DNA from: Betaproteobacteria bacterium
Lineage (GTDB): Bacteria; Pseudomonadota; Gammaproteobacteria; Burkholderiales; Burkholderiaceae_C
Direction: 5' to 3'
Assembly: GCA_009927495.1 (NCBI GenBank)
Contig: RFMX01000270.1
Span: 1-41,682, forward strand
DNA: 41,682 bases
The translations under genes and the position numbers were made by a program. Below the pieces are notes generated by a model. That model was not told the origin of the DNA. It did no database searches and saw only the letters and a program-made list of their open reading frames with translations. Positions 8,767-19,563 of this stretch are shown one piece after another (position 1 is the stretch's first letter; each line of letters starts with the position of its first letter).

Positions 8767-9855
8767 TCAAGAACTGCTGCGTTGGGCAAACAGCCACGCC
8801 AACTCAGCCATGGGGCGTGCGCCCGCCCCCGAGGCCTTGGCCTGTGTGCTTGATGCGGTGCCGTCTTCTACCCGCTTGGCAATGCCTTGCAAGATGGCGG
8901 CGATGCGGAACATGTTGTAGGCGAGGTAAAAATTCCAATCGGGCTTGAGGGCTTCGAGCGTGGTCAATCCGCTGCGCTGGCAATACAGGTCGATGTACTC
9001 GTCTTCCAGGGGAATGCCCAAGGCAGCGTGGTCCAAGCCACCAATGCCTCTGAAACTGCCGGGTGGGATATGCCACGACATGCAGTGGTAACTGAAGTCG
9101 GCCAAGGGATGGCCAAGTGTGGACAACTCCCAGTCCAAAACCGCCAATACACGCGGCTCGGTAGGGTGAAAAATCAGGTTGTCGAGCCGGAAGTCGCCAT
9201 GCACGATACAGGTGTGGTCGGCACGGGCGCTGGCAGGCATGTGGGCGGGCAGCCAAGCCATCAATTTATCCATCTCAGGGATGGGCTGGGTAACCGAGGC
9301 GATGTACTGCTTGCTCCAGCGGCCAATTTGGCGGTCAAAGTAGTTGCCTGGCTTGCCAAAACTACCCAAACCTTGCTGCACATGGTTTACCGCATGCAAA
9401 GCGGCAATGACGCGGTTCATTTCCAAGTAAATCTCGCGGCGCTGTGGCGCGGTCATACCCGGCAGCGCTTGGTCCCACAACACCCGCCCTTGCACAAACT
9501 CCATGACGTAAAAAGCGCGGCCGATGACCGACTCGTCGTCGCACAGCACATGCATTTGCGCCACAGGCACGTCGGTGCCTTGCAAGCCGCTCATCACTGC
9601 ATATTCGCGTTCAATCGCGTGGGCCGAGGGCAGTAACTTGGCGACAGGGCCTGGCTTGGCCCGCATCACATAGCTTTTGCTGGGCGTATTCAGTTTGTAG
9701 GTGGGATTGGATTGCCCGCCTTTGAACATCTCAACTTCCAAGGGGCCGGCAAAACCAGGCATATGGGCTTGCAACCACTGCGTCAGTGCGTCGGTGTCGA
9801 AGCGATGGGCGTCGCTGACCTCACGGGTACCTACAAAATTATCAAATGCGCTCAT
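8767..9855 (-). CDS. APH-family phosphotransferase (ACAD10/11 kinase domain / LvaA-like)
   Basis: [27 protein letters not shown] and [14 protein letters not shown] motifs. Start at ATG 9855 (MSAFDN). Confidence 0.9.
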   Translation of the reverse strand: MSAFDNFVGTREVSDAHRFDTDALTQWLQAHMPGFAGPLEVEMFKGGQSNPTYKLNTPSKSYVMRAKPGPVAKLLPSAHAIEREYAVMSGLQGTDVPVAQMHVLCDDESVIGRAFYVMEFVQGRVLWDQALPGMTAPQRREIYLEMNRVIAALHAVNHVQQGLGSFGKPGNYFDRQIGRWSKQYIASVTQPIPEMDKLMAWLPAHMPASARADHTCIVHGDFRLDNLIFHPTEPRVLAVLDWELSTLGHPLADFSYHCMSWHIPPGSFRGIGGLDHAALGIPLEDEYIDLYCQRSGLTTLEALKPDWNFYLAYNMFRIAAILQGIAKRVEDGTASSTQAKASGAGARPMAELAWLFAQRSSS

Positions 9856-9859
9856 GGCT

Positions 9860-10576
9860 TTACTCCGAGGCGCTGATGCGCAACAAGGCTTCGCGGTCGC
9901 GCACCACCAAACCACCTGGTTCTATGCGCAATATCTCCTCGCGCTCCATGGCCTTTAATTCTTGGTTCACCCGTTGGCGCGACGCACCCAGCAGTTGCGC
10001 CAATTCCTCTTGCGCCAAATGCAGCCCGATGCGGGTTTCGCTGCCGTGGTGCAGCGAAGGCACTCCATAGCTGCGAGCCAGATGCAAGAGCTGCTTGGCC
10101 AAGCGTGAACGCAGGGGCAGGGTGTTGAGGTCCTCGACCAAGCCAAACAGCTGGCGAATACGCCTTGCTTGCAGTCGCAGCATGGCGTCGTACAACTCGA
10201 CATGGGCGGCCAGTATTTTGTGGAAATCGGCTTTGGCCACGCACAAAATCGTGGTCTCGCCGTGGGCATACACATCGTGGGTACGAGTGTCGCCGTCCAA
10301 AATCGCCACATCGCCGAACCAAATCCCGGGCTCCACATAGGTGAAGGTGATTTGCTTGCCCGACAGCGAGGTGCTGCTGACCCGCACCGCGCCCTTGGCG
10401 CAGGCCATCCACTCCTCGGGCGGGTCGCCACGGGCGGAGATCAAATCGCCATCTTTGAGTCGTTTGACGTAAGCGCATCGAAGTATGTCGTGCCGAAGTG
10501 AGGGTGAAAGAGAGGAAAACCAGCGACCTGTGTTGATTGCTTCGCGTTCCTCAATGGTAAGGATAGGGTCGTCCAT
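9860..10576 (-). CDS. Crp/Fnr family transcriptional regulator
   Basis: cNMP-binding-like domain (PGIWFGDVA...RTHD) and HTH LAQEELAQLLGASRQRVNQELK. Confidence 0.93.
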   Translation of the reverse strand: MDDPILTIEEREAINTGRWFSSLSPSLRHDILRCAYVKRLKDGDLISARGDPPEEWMACAKGAVRVSSTSLSGKQITFTYVEPGIWFGDVAILDGDTRTHDVYAHGETTILCVAKADFHKILAAHVELYDAMLRLQARRIRQLFGLVEDLNTLPLRSRLAKQLLHLARSYGVPSLHHGSETRIGLHLAQEELAQLLGASRQRVNQELKAMEREEILRIEPGGLVVRDREALLRISASE

Positions 10577-10639
10577 GAACTGTCTTTTCGGTGACCGGGT
10601 GGTGGAAATTTGTCGCCGACGAGACCGTCGGCAACAACG

Positions 10640-11422
10640 CTAGGGTTTGTAGTGAGGGGTTTGTTTGTCCAAAAACGCTTGAATACCGATACCAGCGTTG
10701 ACATGGTTGAGGTTGTTCAAGAAATGCTGCTTTTCAGCATGCATGTGGGCAAAGACATCTTGGCTACAAGCAGCTTCTGTCAATTCTTTGATGCTTGCCA
10801 AGGCGTTCGGTGCTCTTTGCTTAAGTTTTTCCGCCAAGGCCAAGGCTTGGGTCAAGACTTCACCGGCAGGCGCAAGGTGGTTAATCAGTCCGGCATCAGC
10901 CAGTCGTTGTGCAGGAATGCGATCGCCTAACAACATGAATTGGTTGACCAAGGCCCTGGGCAAGGCGCGGCTTAAAAACCAGCTGCCACCTCCATCAGGC
11001 GACAAGCCTACCGAGGTATAGGCCATTACAAATTGGCTGTCAACTGCGGCGACAACCATGTCACACGCCAAAACCAAGGAAAACCCAGCGCCAGCAGCCG
11101 TGCCTTCCACCGCTGCGATGACGGGCTTGGGAAATGTTCGTATGGCCTCTATCCAACTGTGCAAAGCGTCAATGCCCATGGCTTGTTGTTCAGGAGGGGC
11201 AGCGCGGTTGCTCAGGATGCGGTTCAAGTTGCCACCCGCGCAAAAGTGTTTGCCTTCGCCGGTCAAGATAACGCTTCGCACATCGGGGTTGGTTTCCGCC
11301 ACATTCAAAGCTTCTACACCAGCGCTGTACATGGCAGGGTCTAGCGCATTTCGATGCTCGGGGTTGGAGAGGGTCAAGACCAAGGTTTGTCCTTGGCTGT
11401 GGCTTTTAAGTTGGGCTGTCAT
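10640..11422 (-). CDS. Enoyl-CoA hydratase/isomerase (crotonase) family protein, possibly oxepin-CoA hydrolase type
   Basis: FCAGGNL, PKPVIAAVEGTAAGAGFSLVLACD and GLSPDGG motifs. Confidence 0.88.
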   Translation of the reverse strand: MTAQLKSHSQGQTLVLTLSNPEHRNALDPAMYSAGVEALNVAETNPDVRSVILTGEGKHFCAGGNLNRILSNRAAPPEQQAMGIDALHSWIEAIRTFPKPVIAAVEGTAAGAGFSLVLACDMVVAAVDSQFVMAYTSVGLSPDGGGSWFLSRALPRALVNQFMLLGDRIPAQRLADAGLINHLAPAGEVLTQALALAEKLKQRAPNALASIKELTEAACSQDVFAHMHAEKQHFLNNLNHVNAGIGIQAFLDKQTPHYKP

Positions 11423-11425
11423 AGT

Positions 11426-12946
11426 TTAAATGGAGAGATGGCTCAAGCTTAAACCCAGCGCACCGCGTCGGCGCAGCCATGGGCTGGGACGGTAACGCGG
11501 GTCGCCATAGACGGTTTGCAAGTTAAAAAGCACTTCCAGCAAATTATCAGCGCCGAGGCGGTCACCCAAAGCCAAGGGGCCCATGGGATAGCCCAAGCCC
11601 AGTGTGACTGCGGTATCCAAGTCGGCAGGGCTGCAAATGCCTTGCTGGCACATATCGCTGGCGATATTGACGATGGTGGCGACCACGCGTTGGGTGACAA
11701 AGCCGCCGCTGTCTTGAATCACGCTCACCGCTTTGCCGTCAGACGCCAGGAGTGCATGGGCAGCGTCTCGCATATCGCTGCGGGTGGCGGGGTTGGTGGC
11801 CAGCACACGCCTTTGGGTGGCGTCGTCTGGCATCAACATGTCGATGCCCAGGGTTCGCGCTGGGTCTAAACGCTCAACGATGGCGCAAGTAGTGACATCG
11901 AAACCCAAAGGCGCGACCCAACACAGGGCTTGGTTGGAGGGTGCAGCGCCAGTTTCGATGTTGGCGCCCAGGTTTTTAAGCAATTGCAGCAATTCGGCGC
12001 GGCGAGCCGTGCGGGCAGACACCCATACGGGCACTTTGAGGGTGCTGGCAGGTGTTGGTTCTTCAGGGGGGATATGAGCCTTGCCCTGGTCATAGCGGTA
12101 AAAACCTTGGCTGGTTTTTCGACCCAACCATCCTCCCGCAAAACGCTGTGCGGTGATGACGCTGGGTCGGTAACGCGGCTCTTCAAAATACTGGTGGTAA
12201 ATGGATTCCATGACAGGATGCGAGACATCCAAGGCCGTTAGGTCCATCAATTCAAAGGGGCCGAGCTTGAAGCCCACTTGGTCGCGCAAAATGCGGTCGA
12301 TGGTGGCAAAGTCAGCCACGCCTTCGCTGACGATGCGCAGAGCCTCGGTGCCGTAGCCGCGTCCCGCATGGTTGACGATGAAGCCTGGCGTGTCTTGCGC
12401 CAGCACCGCTTGATGGCCCATGGTCAGCACATAGGCTTTTAATTTTTCACAAACCTCTGCCGCAGTGGCAAGGCCAGGCACCACTTCCACCACTTTCATA
12501 AGGGGCACAGGATTGAAAAAGTGCAAACCCGCAAAGCGCTCTGGGCGCTTCAAGCCCGCAGCCAAGGCGGTGATGGACAAAGAAGAGGTGTTGCTGGCCA
12601 AAACAGCGTCACCTGCGAGCACGTCACAGAGTTGTGCAAACAAAGCTTGCTTGACCTGAGCGTTTTCAACAATCGCTTCAACCACCAAGTCGCAGCCTGA
12701 CAAGGCCTGCAAACTGTCAACAGTTTTCAACGCTGACAGATAGCTTTGGTGCTGTGGCGCAGTGATGCGTTGTTTGTCGAGCATTTTTTGCCATTGGGCG
12801 GCAATGGCTTGTTGAGCCTGAACAGCGCGTTCAGTTGCAGCGTCAAACAGCAAAACCTGGCTGCCCGCTTGCGCGGCCATTTGTGCAATGCCTTGACCCA
12901 TGGCACCTGTGCCACAAACACCTACCGTTGGAAATAAAGAATTCAT
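11426..12946 (-). CDS. 3-hydroxyacyl-CoA dehydrogenase (PaaH-like, long form)
   Basis: GTGAMGQGIA Rossmann motif, VEAIVE, ASNTSS, GLHFFNPVPLM, DTPGFIVN; duplicated C-terminal domain (GYPMGP). Confidence 0.93.
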   Translation of the reverse strand: MNSLFPTVGVCGTGAMGQGIAQMAAQAGSQVLLFDAATERAVQAQQAIAAQWQKMLDKQRITAPQHQSYLSALKTVDSLQALSGCDLVVEAIVENAQVKQALFAQLCDVLAGDAVLASNTSSLSITALAAGLKRPERFAGLHFFNPVPLMKVVEVVPGLATAAEVCEKLKAYVLTMGHQAVLAQDTPGFIVNHAGRGYGTEALRIVSEGVADFATIDRILRDQVGFKLGPFELMDLTALDVSHPVMESIYHQYFEEPRYRPSVITAQRFAGGWLGRKTSQGFYRYDQGKAHIPPEEPTPASTLKVPVWVSARTARRAELLQLLKNLGANIETGAAPSNQALCWVAPLGFDVTTCAIVERLDPARTLGIDMLMPDDATQRRVLATNPATRSDMRDAAHALLASDGKAVSVIQDSGGFVTQRVVATIVNIASDMCQQGICSPADLDTAVTLGLGYPMGPLALGDRLGADNLLEVLFNLQTVYGDPRYRPSPWLRRRGALGLSLSHLSI

Positions 12947-13057
12947 AGTTGGGCATTATCTATGCCAAGCCTTGCGCCTGTTGGCTTCACTTTCCATCGG
13001 CACGGATCAGGGGCGCTGTGACAGAATGCGGCGATCTTGTCTTCCTAAGGAACATTT

Positions 13058-13720
13058 ATGTCGTTGAAATTGTGCGGTTTTGCAGCCAGCAACTACTACA
13101 ACAAAAACAAATTGCAATTGCTTGAAAAAGGCATTGCATTTGAAGAGGAGCTGGTCTGGGTGGGCAACAGCCATCCCAAACTGATGAACCGCTCACCCAT
13201 GGGGAAAGTACCTTTTTTGGAGACCCCGCATGGTTGTTTGTCGGAATCCATGGTGATTTCTGAATACATTGAACAAGCCTATCCTCAACACCCTTTGCTC
13301 CCCTCGGATCCCATGCAAGCGGCCAGGGTTCGTGAACTGATTGTCTATTTAGAGTTGCACATGGAGTTGGTCGCCCGAGAGCTGTACCCCCAAGCTTTCT
13401 TTGGCGGTCAAGTCAGTGAAGGTACCAAAGAGCGGGTTCGTAAAAATTTGACCAAAGGTGTTGCTGGTTTTGCAAAGATTGCCAAATTTTCACCTTATGT
13501 AGCTGGTGACCAAATGACTTTGGCCGACTGCGCAGCCGCTTTCCATTTGCCCATTGCTGTCAGTGCCAGCAAATTGGTACTTGGCGAAGATTTATTGGCT
13601 GATTTGCCTGTGAAAGCCTACGGTCAAAAAATGGCTGAAAGCCCTCATATGCAAAAAGTACTGGCTGATCGAAAAGAAAACGCAGCTTTGATGGCCAGCC
13701 TGACTGCCAAGAAAGCCTGA
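13058..13720 (+). CDS. Glutathione S-transferase
   Basis: SNYYNK, SPMGKVPFL, LSES and TLADC motifs. AAGGA RBS. Confidence 0.9.
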   Translation: MSLKLCGFAASNYYNKNKLQLLEKGIAFEEELVWVGNSHPKLMNRSPMGKVPFLETPHGCLSESMVISEYIEQAYPQHPLLPSDPMQAARVRELIVYLELHMELVARELYPQAFFGGQVSEGTKERVRKNLTKGVAGFAKIAKFSPYVAGDQMTLADCAAAFHLPIAVSASKLVLGEDLLADLPVKAYGQKMAESPHMQKVLADRKENAALMASLTAKKA

Positions 13721-13726
13721 AACTGC

Positions 13727-14002
13727 TCAGCGAAGTGATTTGCTGGCTTCCAAGTGAACCAAGCGGTCAAGCTCGGCACAAATATCGGCTATGCGACCCG
13801 ACATCACCATGCGTCCAGCACTGCTGGGTGAAGCATGGCCGTCTTCAGCAACCCTGACAACACGCAAAGGCTTGGCGGGGGAGACTGGTGAAGATACAGT
13901 GACGGGTGCTGCCATGTGGGGATCGTTGGCAGGCCAAAGCGCTTTGTAAGCTGCATCAATGCGTTGGAACAATTGCTGTGAGGTGATGAGTGCGAGGTTC
14001 AT
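13727..14002 (-). CDS. Small hypothetical protein, probably cotranscribed with lexA
   Basis: ATG 18 nt after the lexA stop, with a GGAG RBS; fills the gap exactly. C-terminal segment GRMVMSGRIADICAELDRL looks structured. Confidence 0.75.
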   Translation of the reverse strand: MNLALITSQQLFQRIDAAYKALWPANDPHMAAPVTVSSPVSPAKPLRVVRVAEDGHASPSSAGRMVMSGRIADICAELDRLVHLEASKSLR

Positions 14003-14020
14003 GGGGGCTCCAATAAGGGG

Positions 14021-14686
14021 TTAAAACTGGTGACGAATCAGACCAACCGCCAAGCCTTCGATTTGAAAGTTGTCGCTGGGGCTGACGTGGATGGTTGAAA
14101 AGTCGGGGTTCTCAGGATGCAGGTGGATGCCAGAGACATTTTTTTCGAAACGTTTCACAGTGACTTCTTCGCCAAGCCTGGCCACTACGATTTGGCCGTT
14201 TCTTGCATCTGAGGTGGATTTGACAGCGAGCAAGTCACCATCGAGGATGCCAATGTCACGCATGGACAGACCACGAACCTTGAGCAAGTAGTCGGGTGTT
14301 TGAGAAAACAAAGCGTCTTGGACGGTATAGCTTTGTTCGATATGCTCTTGCGCCAAGATGGGAGAACCTGCTGCGACTCTGCCAACCAAGGGCAATATCA
14401 ATTGGCCTAAACCAGGGAGTGACAAGAAGTAGGGCGTACGTGATGACTCGAGGGTTCTGGCGAAGTCTTGATTTTTTAACCGGATGCCGCGTGAGGTTCC
14501 GCTGACCAGTTGTATATAACCTTTGCGGGCCAGAGCTTGTAAATGCTCTTCAGCTGCATTGGCCGACTTGAATCCGAGCTCTTTGGCAATTTCTGCACGT
14601 GTGGGGGGAGCACCTGTTTGGCGAATGGCCGCTTCGATCAAGGAAAGAATTTGTTGTTGCCTTGCGGTGAGCTTGCTTTGTTCCAT
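14021..14686 (-). CDS. lexA: SOS repressor LexA
   Basis: [31 protein letters not shown]; Ala-Gly cleavage site VAAGSP; catalytic Ser (GLSM) and Lys (VTVKR). AGGAGG RBS. Confidence 0.98.
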   Translation of the reverse strand: MEQSKLTARQQQILSLIEAAIRQTGAPPTRAEIAKELGFKSANAAEEHLQALARKGYIQLVSGTSRGIRLKNQDFARTLESSRTPYFLSLPGLGQLILPLVGRVAAGSPILAQEHIEQSYTVQDALFSQTPDYLLKVRGLSMRDIGILDGDLLAVKSTSDARNGQIVVARLGEEVTVKRFEKNVSGIHLHPENPDFSTIHVSPSDNFQIEGLAVGLIRHQF

Positions 14687-14737
14687 AAAGCCTCCTGAGG
14701 TAGGTGAAAATGATCTGCTCTTTGGGGTGAATGGATA

Positions 14738-14772
14738 CTGTTTAGATATCCAGTAACTGTATTTTTAACCAG
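14738..14772. promoter_or_regulatory. Tandem LexA (SOS) boxes
   Basis: CTGtttagatatcCAG at 14738-14753 and CTGtatttttaacCAG at 14757-14772, both matching CTG-N10-CAG upstream of lexA. Confidence 0.9.
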
Positions 14773-14793
14773 CTTTTCAATATTTACAAGCCC

Positions 14794-16508
<1,715 letters not shown>

Positions 16509-17270
16509 TCAGAGGGACTTGTTTAGCAACGCTCGAACCCGTTCTAAATCGGCAGATGTGTCTACACCGGCAGCGCTGGGAACCTGGGAAATATGAACTG
16601 CAATGTGATACCCATGCCACAACACCCGCAGTTGCTCCAAGGCTTCGGCTTGCTCGGCAGCGGCTGGCGTGAGCGTGGGGTAGAGCTTCAAAAAATCGCA
16701 GCGATAGGCGTACAAACCCACGTGGCGGTAAACAGGAAAGGGCGGCAATTGGTCGGGGGAGCCGCCACGCAAGTGGGGAATGCTGGCTCGACTGAAGTAC
16801 ATCGCTTGGGACTGTGCATTTAAAACCACTTTGACGCAATGGGGGCTGAGCCATTCTTCCAAATGGGTGATAGGGTCAGCCAAGGTGCTCATGCTGCAGG
16901 CAGCTTGGTTGTGAAGAAGTTGCGCTACAGCATTGATGTTGTGCGGTTCAATCAAGGGTTCGTCACCTTGGACGTTCACCACAATGTCGCTGCTGGCCAA
17001 GCCCAGCAAGGTCGCCGCTTCAGCCAAACGGTCACTGCCACTGGGGTGGTCTTCGCGTGTCATGACTACCTTGACGCCAAACTGCTCGCAAACGTGCATG
17101 ACCTGAGCACTGTCCGTGGCCACCACCACTTGGCTTGCTTGCGACAGTTGGGCACGTTGAGCGACTCGCACCACCATGGGGATACCCGCTAAATCAGCCA
17201 AAGGTTTATTGGGTAAGCGACTCGCTGACAGCCGCGCCGGAATCAGCACCACAAAGGGCAGGCCGCTCAA
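16509..17270 (-). CDS. kdsB: 3-deoxy-manno-octulosonate cytidylyltransferase
   Basis: IPARLSASRLPNKPL, SGSDR, NVQGDEP, YFSR and LEQLR motifs. TTG start. Confidence 0.96.
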   Translation of the reverse strand: MSGLPFVVLIPARLSASRLPNKPLADLAGIPMVVRVAQRAQLSQASQVVVATDSAQVMHVCEQFGVKVVMTREDHPSGSDRLAEAATLLGLASSDIVVNVQGDEPLIEPHNINAVAQLLHNQAACSMSTLADPITHLEEWLSPHCVKVVLNAQSQAMYFSRASIPHLRGGSPDQLPPFPVYRHVGLYAYRCDFLKLYPTLTPAAAEQAEALEQLRVLWHGYHIAVHISQVPSAAGVDTSADLERVRALLNKSL

Positions 17271-17453
17271 TCAAAGCTCCAATTCAGCGTCGCTCAGGGT
17301 TCGAGCTTCTACTTCCAGCATCACAGGAATGCCGTCCCGAATAGGGTAGGCCAAACGAGCGCTGCGCGAGACCAGTTCGGCTTTTTCGCGGTCGTATTCA
17401 AGGCTGCCCTTGGTCACAGGGCATACCAGCAGTTCAAGCAGTTTGGTGTCCAT
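17271..17453 (-). CDS. Trm112/YcaR family protein
   Basis: [16 protein letters not shown]...[11 protein letters not shown], in the usual position between lpxK and kdsB. Confidence 0.93.
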   Translation of the reverse strand: MDTKLLELLVCPVTKGSLEYDREKAELVSRSARLAYPIRDGIPVMLEVEARTLSDAELEL

Positions 17454-18450
17454 GTACCAATGATAGTCGTTGCAAATGTGGCATCAATGTGTCCCAAAAA
17501 ATCTCGGGCAGTTCGCAAAGCAAGGGCACAGCCCATACCTGTGGATGCCTAGGCCACAGTTTCACAGCGTCTTTTTCTGTGCAAAGCATATCCAGCCCCC
17601 CATGGCTGGGTTGCCAATCAGCCAGTGGGGCGTGGTCAGGGAAGGCTTGGGTTTGGGAGAGCATCAAGCCAGCGCTTTGCAGCGCAGAAAAAAAGGCTTG
17701 TGGTTGCGCAATTGCAGCCAAAGCATCCACGGCTTGGCCTGACCAAAGACGCAAATCGCGTTTCTCACCTCGTCCATTCACAGCGAAACCAGCCAGTTGT
17801 CGGTTTGCAGCGAAGCTGTCTTCAAAGGCGTTGCGGCCGGTATGGATCTTGATTTGCGTCACCCCTATGCTTAACTGACGAGGCCATGTTTCTCGCAAAG
17901 GCCCCGCAGGCAATAAGAAACCATTGCCCAAACCACGGTCATCAAAAACGCAGATGGCAATATCGTGGTGCAAAGCGCGGTGCTGCAGACCGTCGTCGCT
18001 GATGATGAGTTGGGTTTGGGGGTAGGTTCGCAAAAGTGCCAATGCCGCTTGAGCTCTTTTTTTAGCTATGAAAACAGGCAAACCCAGGCGTTTTTTCACC
18101 ATCAGTGCTTCATCACCTGTATGCGATGCCAAACTGTTTTCTGTGACTTCAGCCCAGCCTTGTTGCTGCCCCCCGTGGCCACGCGCAATCACCCCCACTT
18201 GCCAGCCCAACAGGCTGAGGCGTTGCGCAAGGTGAATCACCACAGGGGTTTTGCCGGTTCCTCCTACCAGCAGGTTGCCCACCACCAGCACAGGCACAGG
18301 CAGGCGGGTTGAAGACTGCCAACCCAGTGCATAGGAAGTTTGGTAAAGCCACAGGTAAATTCGGCTCAACAAGGTGAGGGGATACAAACACCAAGCCAAG
18401 ATGCTTGGCTTGCGCCAAGCGTCCATCAGAACTTCGCGTAGCTTGGGCAT
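17434..18450 (-). CDS. lpxK: Tetraacyldisaccharide 4'-kinase
   Basis: [36 protein letters not shown] and TEKDAVK motifs. Confidence 0.96.
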   Translation of the reverse strand: MPKLREVLMDAWRKPSILAWCLYPLTLLSRIYLWLYQTSYALGWQSSTRLPVPVLVVGNLLVGGTGKTPVVIHLAQRLSLLGWQVGVIARGHGGQQQGWAEVTENSLASHTGDEALMVKKRLGLPVFIAKKRAQAALALLRTYPQTQLIISDDGLQHRALHHDIAICVFDDRGLGNGFLLPAGPLRETWPRQLSIGVTQIKIHTGRNAFEDSFAANRQLAGFAVNGRGEKRDLRLWSGQAVDALAAIAQPQAFFSALQSAGLMLSQTQAFPDHAPLADWQPSHGGLDMLCTEKDAVKLWPRHPQVWAVPLLCELPEIFWDTLMPHLQRLSLVHGHQTA

Positions 18451-18456
18451 TGCGCC

Positions 18457-18888
18457 TTAGGGAAGGGTGGTTGCTTGTGAGCGGCTTTGGGCAGTAAAAG
18501 TGACTTGCTGCAAGCCTGCGGTTTGGGCAGCTTCAAGCACTTGGATCACCGATTGATGGCTGGCTCGTGCATCCGCGCTGATCACCACCAAGGGGTTGGC
18601 AGTTTGTTTAGCGGCTATGGCCAAAGCCTGTCCAATGGCTTGAATATCTGCACCCTCTAAGGCTTTGTTTTGTACCAAGTAATGCCCGTCGCTGCTGACT
18701 ACCACCCTGATTTCATTGGGTTTTTCCTGCTGTTGTTCAGCGTCTGCGGTGGGCAGTTTCAAATCGATTTGGGTCAATTTTCCGTAGGTGGTAGAGAGCA
18801 TTAAAAAAATGAGAACCACCAACAAAACATCAATGAATGGAATCAGGTTGATTTCCGGCTCACTTGAGCGTGGTCGGCCAAAGTTCAT
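18457..18888 (-). CDS. exbD: ExbD/TolR family protein
   Basis: EINLIPFIDVLLVVLIFLM transmembrane segment with the conserved Asp; ISAD motif. Confidence 0.92.
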   Translation of the reverse strand: MNFGRPRSSEPEINLIPFIDVLLVVLIFLMLSTTYGKLTQIDLKLPTADAEQQQEKPNEIRVVVSSDGHYLVQNKALEGADIQAIGQALAIAAKQTANPLVVISADARASHQSVIQVLEAAQTAGLQQVTFTAQSRSQATTLP

Positions 18889-19517
18889 GGTGTGCTCACT
18901 GCAGGTCGTTGGGCAAAGAAGTGGTTAACCATTCGTTCGGCAGCGATTTCGAGTTCGACCACAAAGTTGTCCACCTTGGCGCGTAAATAACGCCAGACCA
19001 CCAAACTGGGAATGGCAATCACAAGGCCAAAAGCGGTGTTGTAAAGCGCGACTGAAATGCCATGGGCAAGTTGGGCGGGGTTGCCTGCACCAGGTGTTTG
19101 TGAGCCAAAAATCTCAATCATGCCCACCACGGTACCAAACAAACCCAACAAGGGCGCCACCGATGCGATCGAACCCAGTGTGCCCAAGTAACGCTCTAGT
19201 TGGGCGGCCACACGGCGCCCACTGGCTTGCATCTCGCTCACAAACTCTTCTTTGCTACACAGGGGCTGGGTTTGCAGCAAAAACAAGCCTGCGCTGATGA
19301 CTTGTCCAAGAGCAGAAGTGGATTGAATATGTTGAATGGATTCGGGTCGCGGGACGCCGCGTTGTGAGATGGAAAGCACATCGTCTAAGAGTGTTGGAGG
19401 GAGAACAGCGCTGCTGCGCAGCTTGTAAAAGCGCTCGATGATCAAGGCCAAAGCGATGACCGAGCAAAACAAAAGAGGCCAAATCGGCCATCCAGCGGCT
19501 TGTATGATTCCAAACAA
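18885..19517 (-). CDS. MotA/TolQ/ExbB proton channel family protein
   Basis: APLLGLFGTVVGMI and GISVALYNTAFGL motifs. TTG start with GGAG RBS. Confidence 0.93.
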   Translation of the reverse strand: MFGIIQAAGWPIWPLLFCSVIALALIIERFYKLRSSAVLPPTLLDDVLSISQRGVPRPESIQHIQSTSALGQVISAGLFLLQTQPLCSKEEFVSEMQASGRRVAAQLERYLGTLGSIASVAPLLGLFGTVVGMIEIFGSQTPGAGNPAQLAHGISVALYNTAFGLVIAIPSLVVWRYLRAKVDNFVVELEIAAERMVNHFFAQRPAVSTP

Positions 19518-19563
19518 AGGTGTCTCCCTGAAATATGCTGTTAATTATTACCCAGCTTTAAGC

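Noticed and set aside
8767-9855. Aminoglycoside resistance kinase
   Set aside because: APH fold only; motifs and context match the ACAD10/11-associated metabolic kinase family.
10640-12946. Complete phenylacetate (paa) pathway
   Set aside because: Only a PaaH-like dehydrogenase and one crotonase are present; no paaABCDE or paaK in the window.
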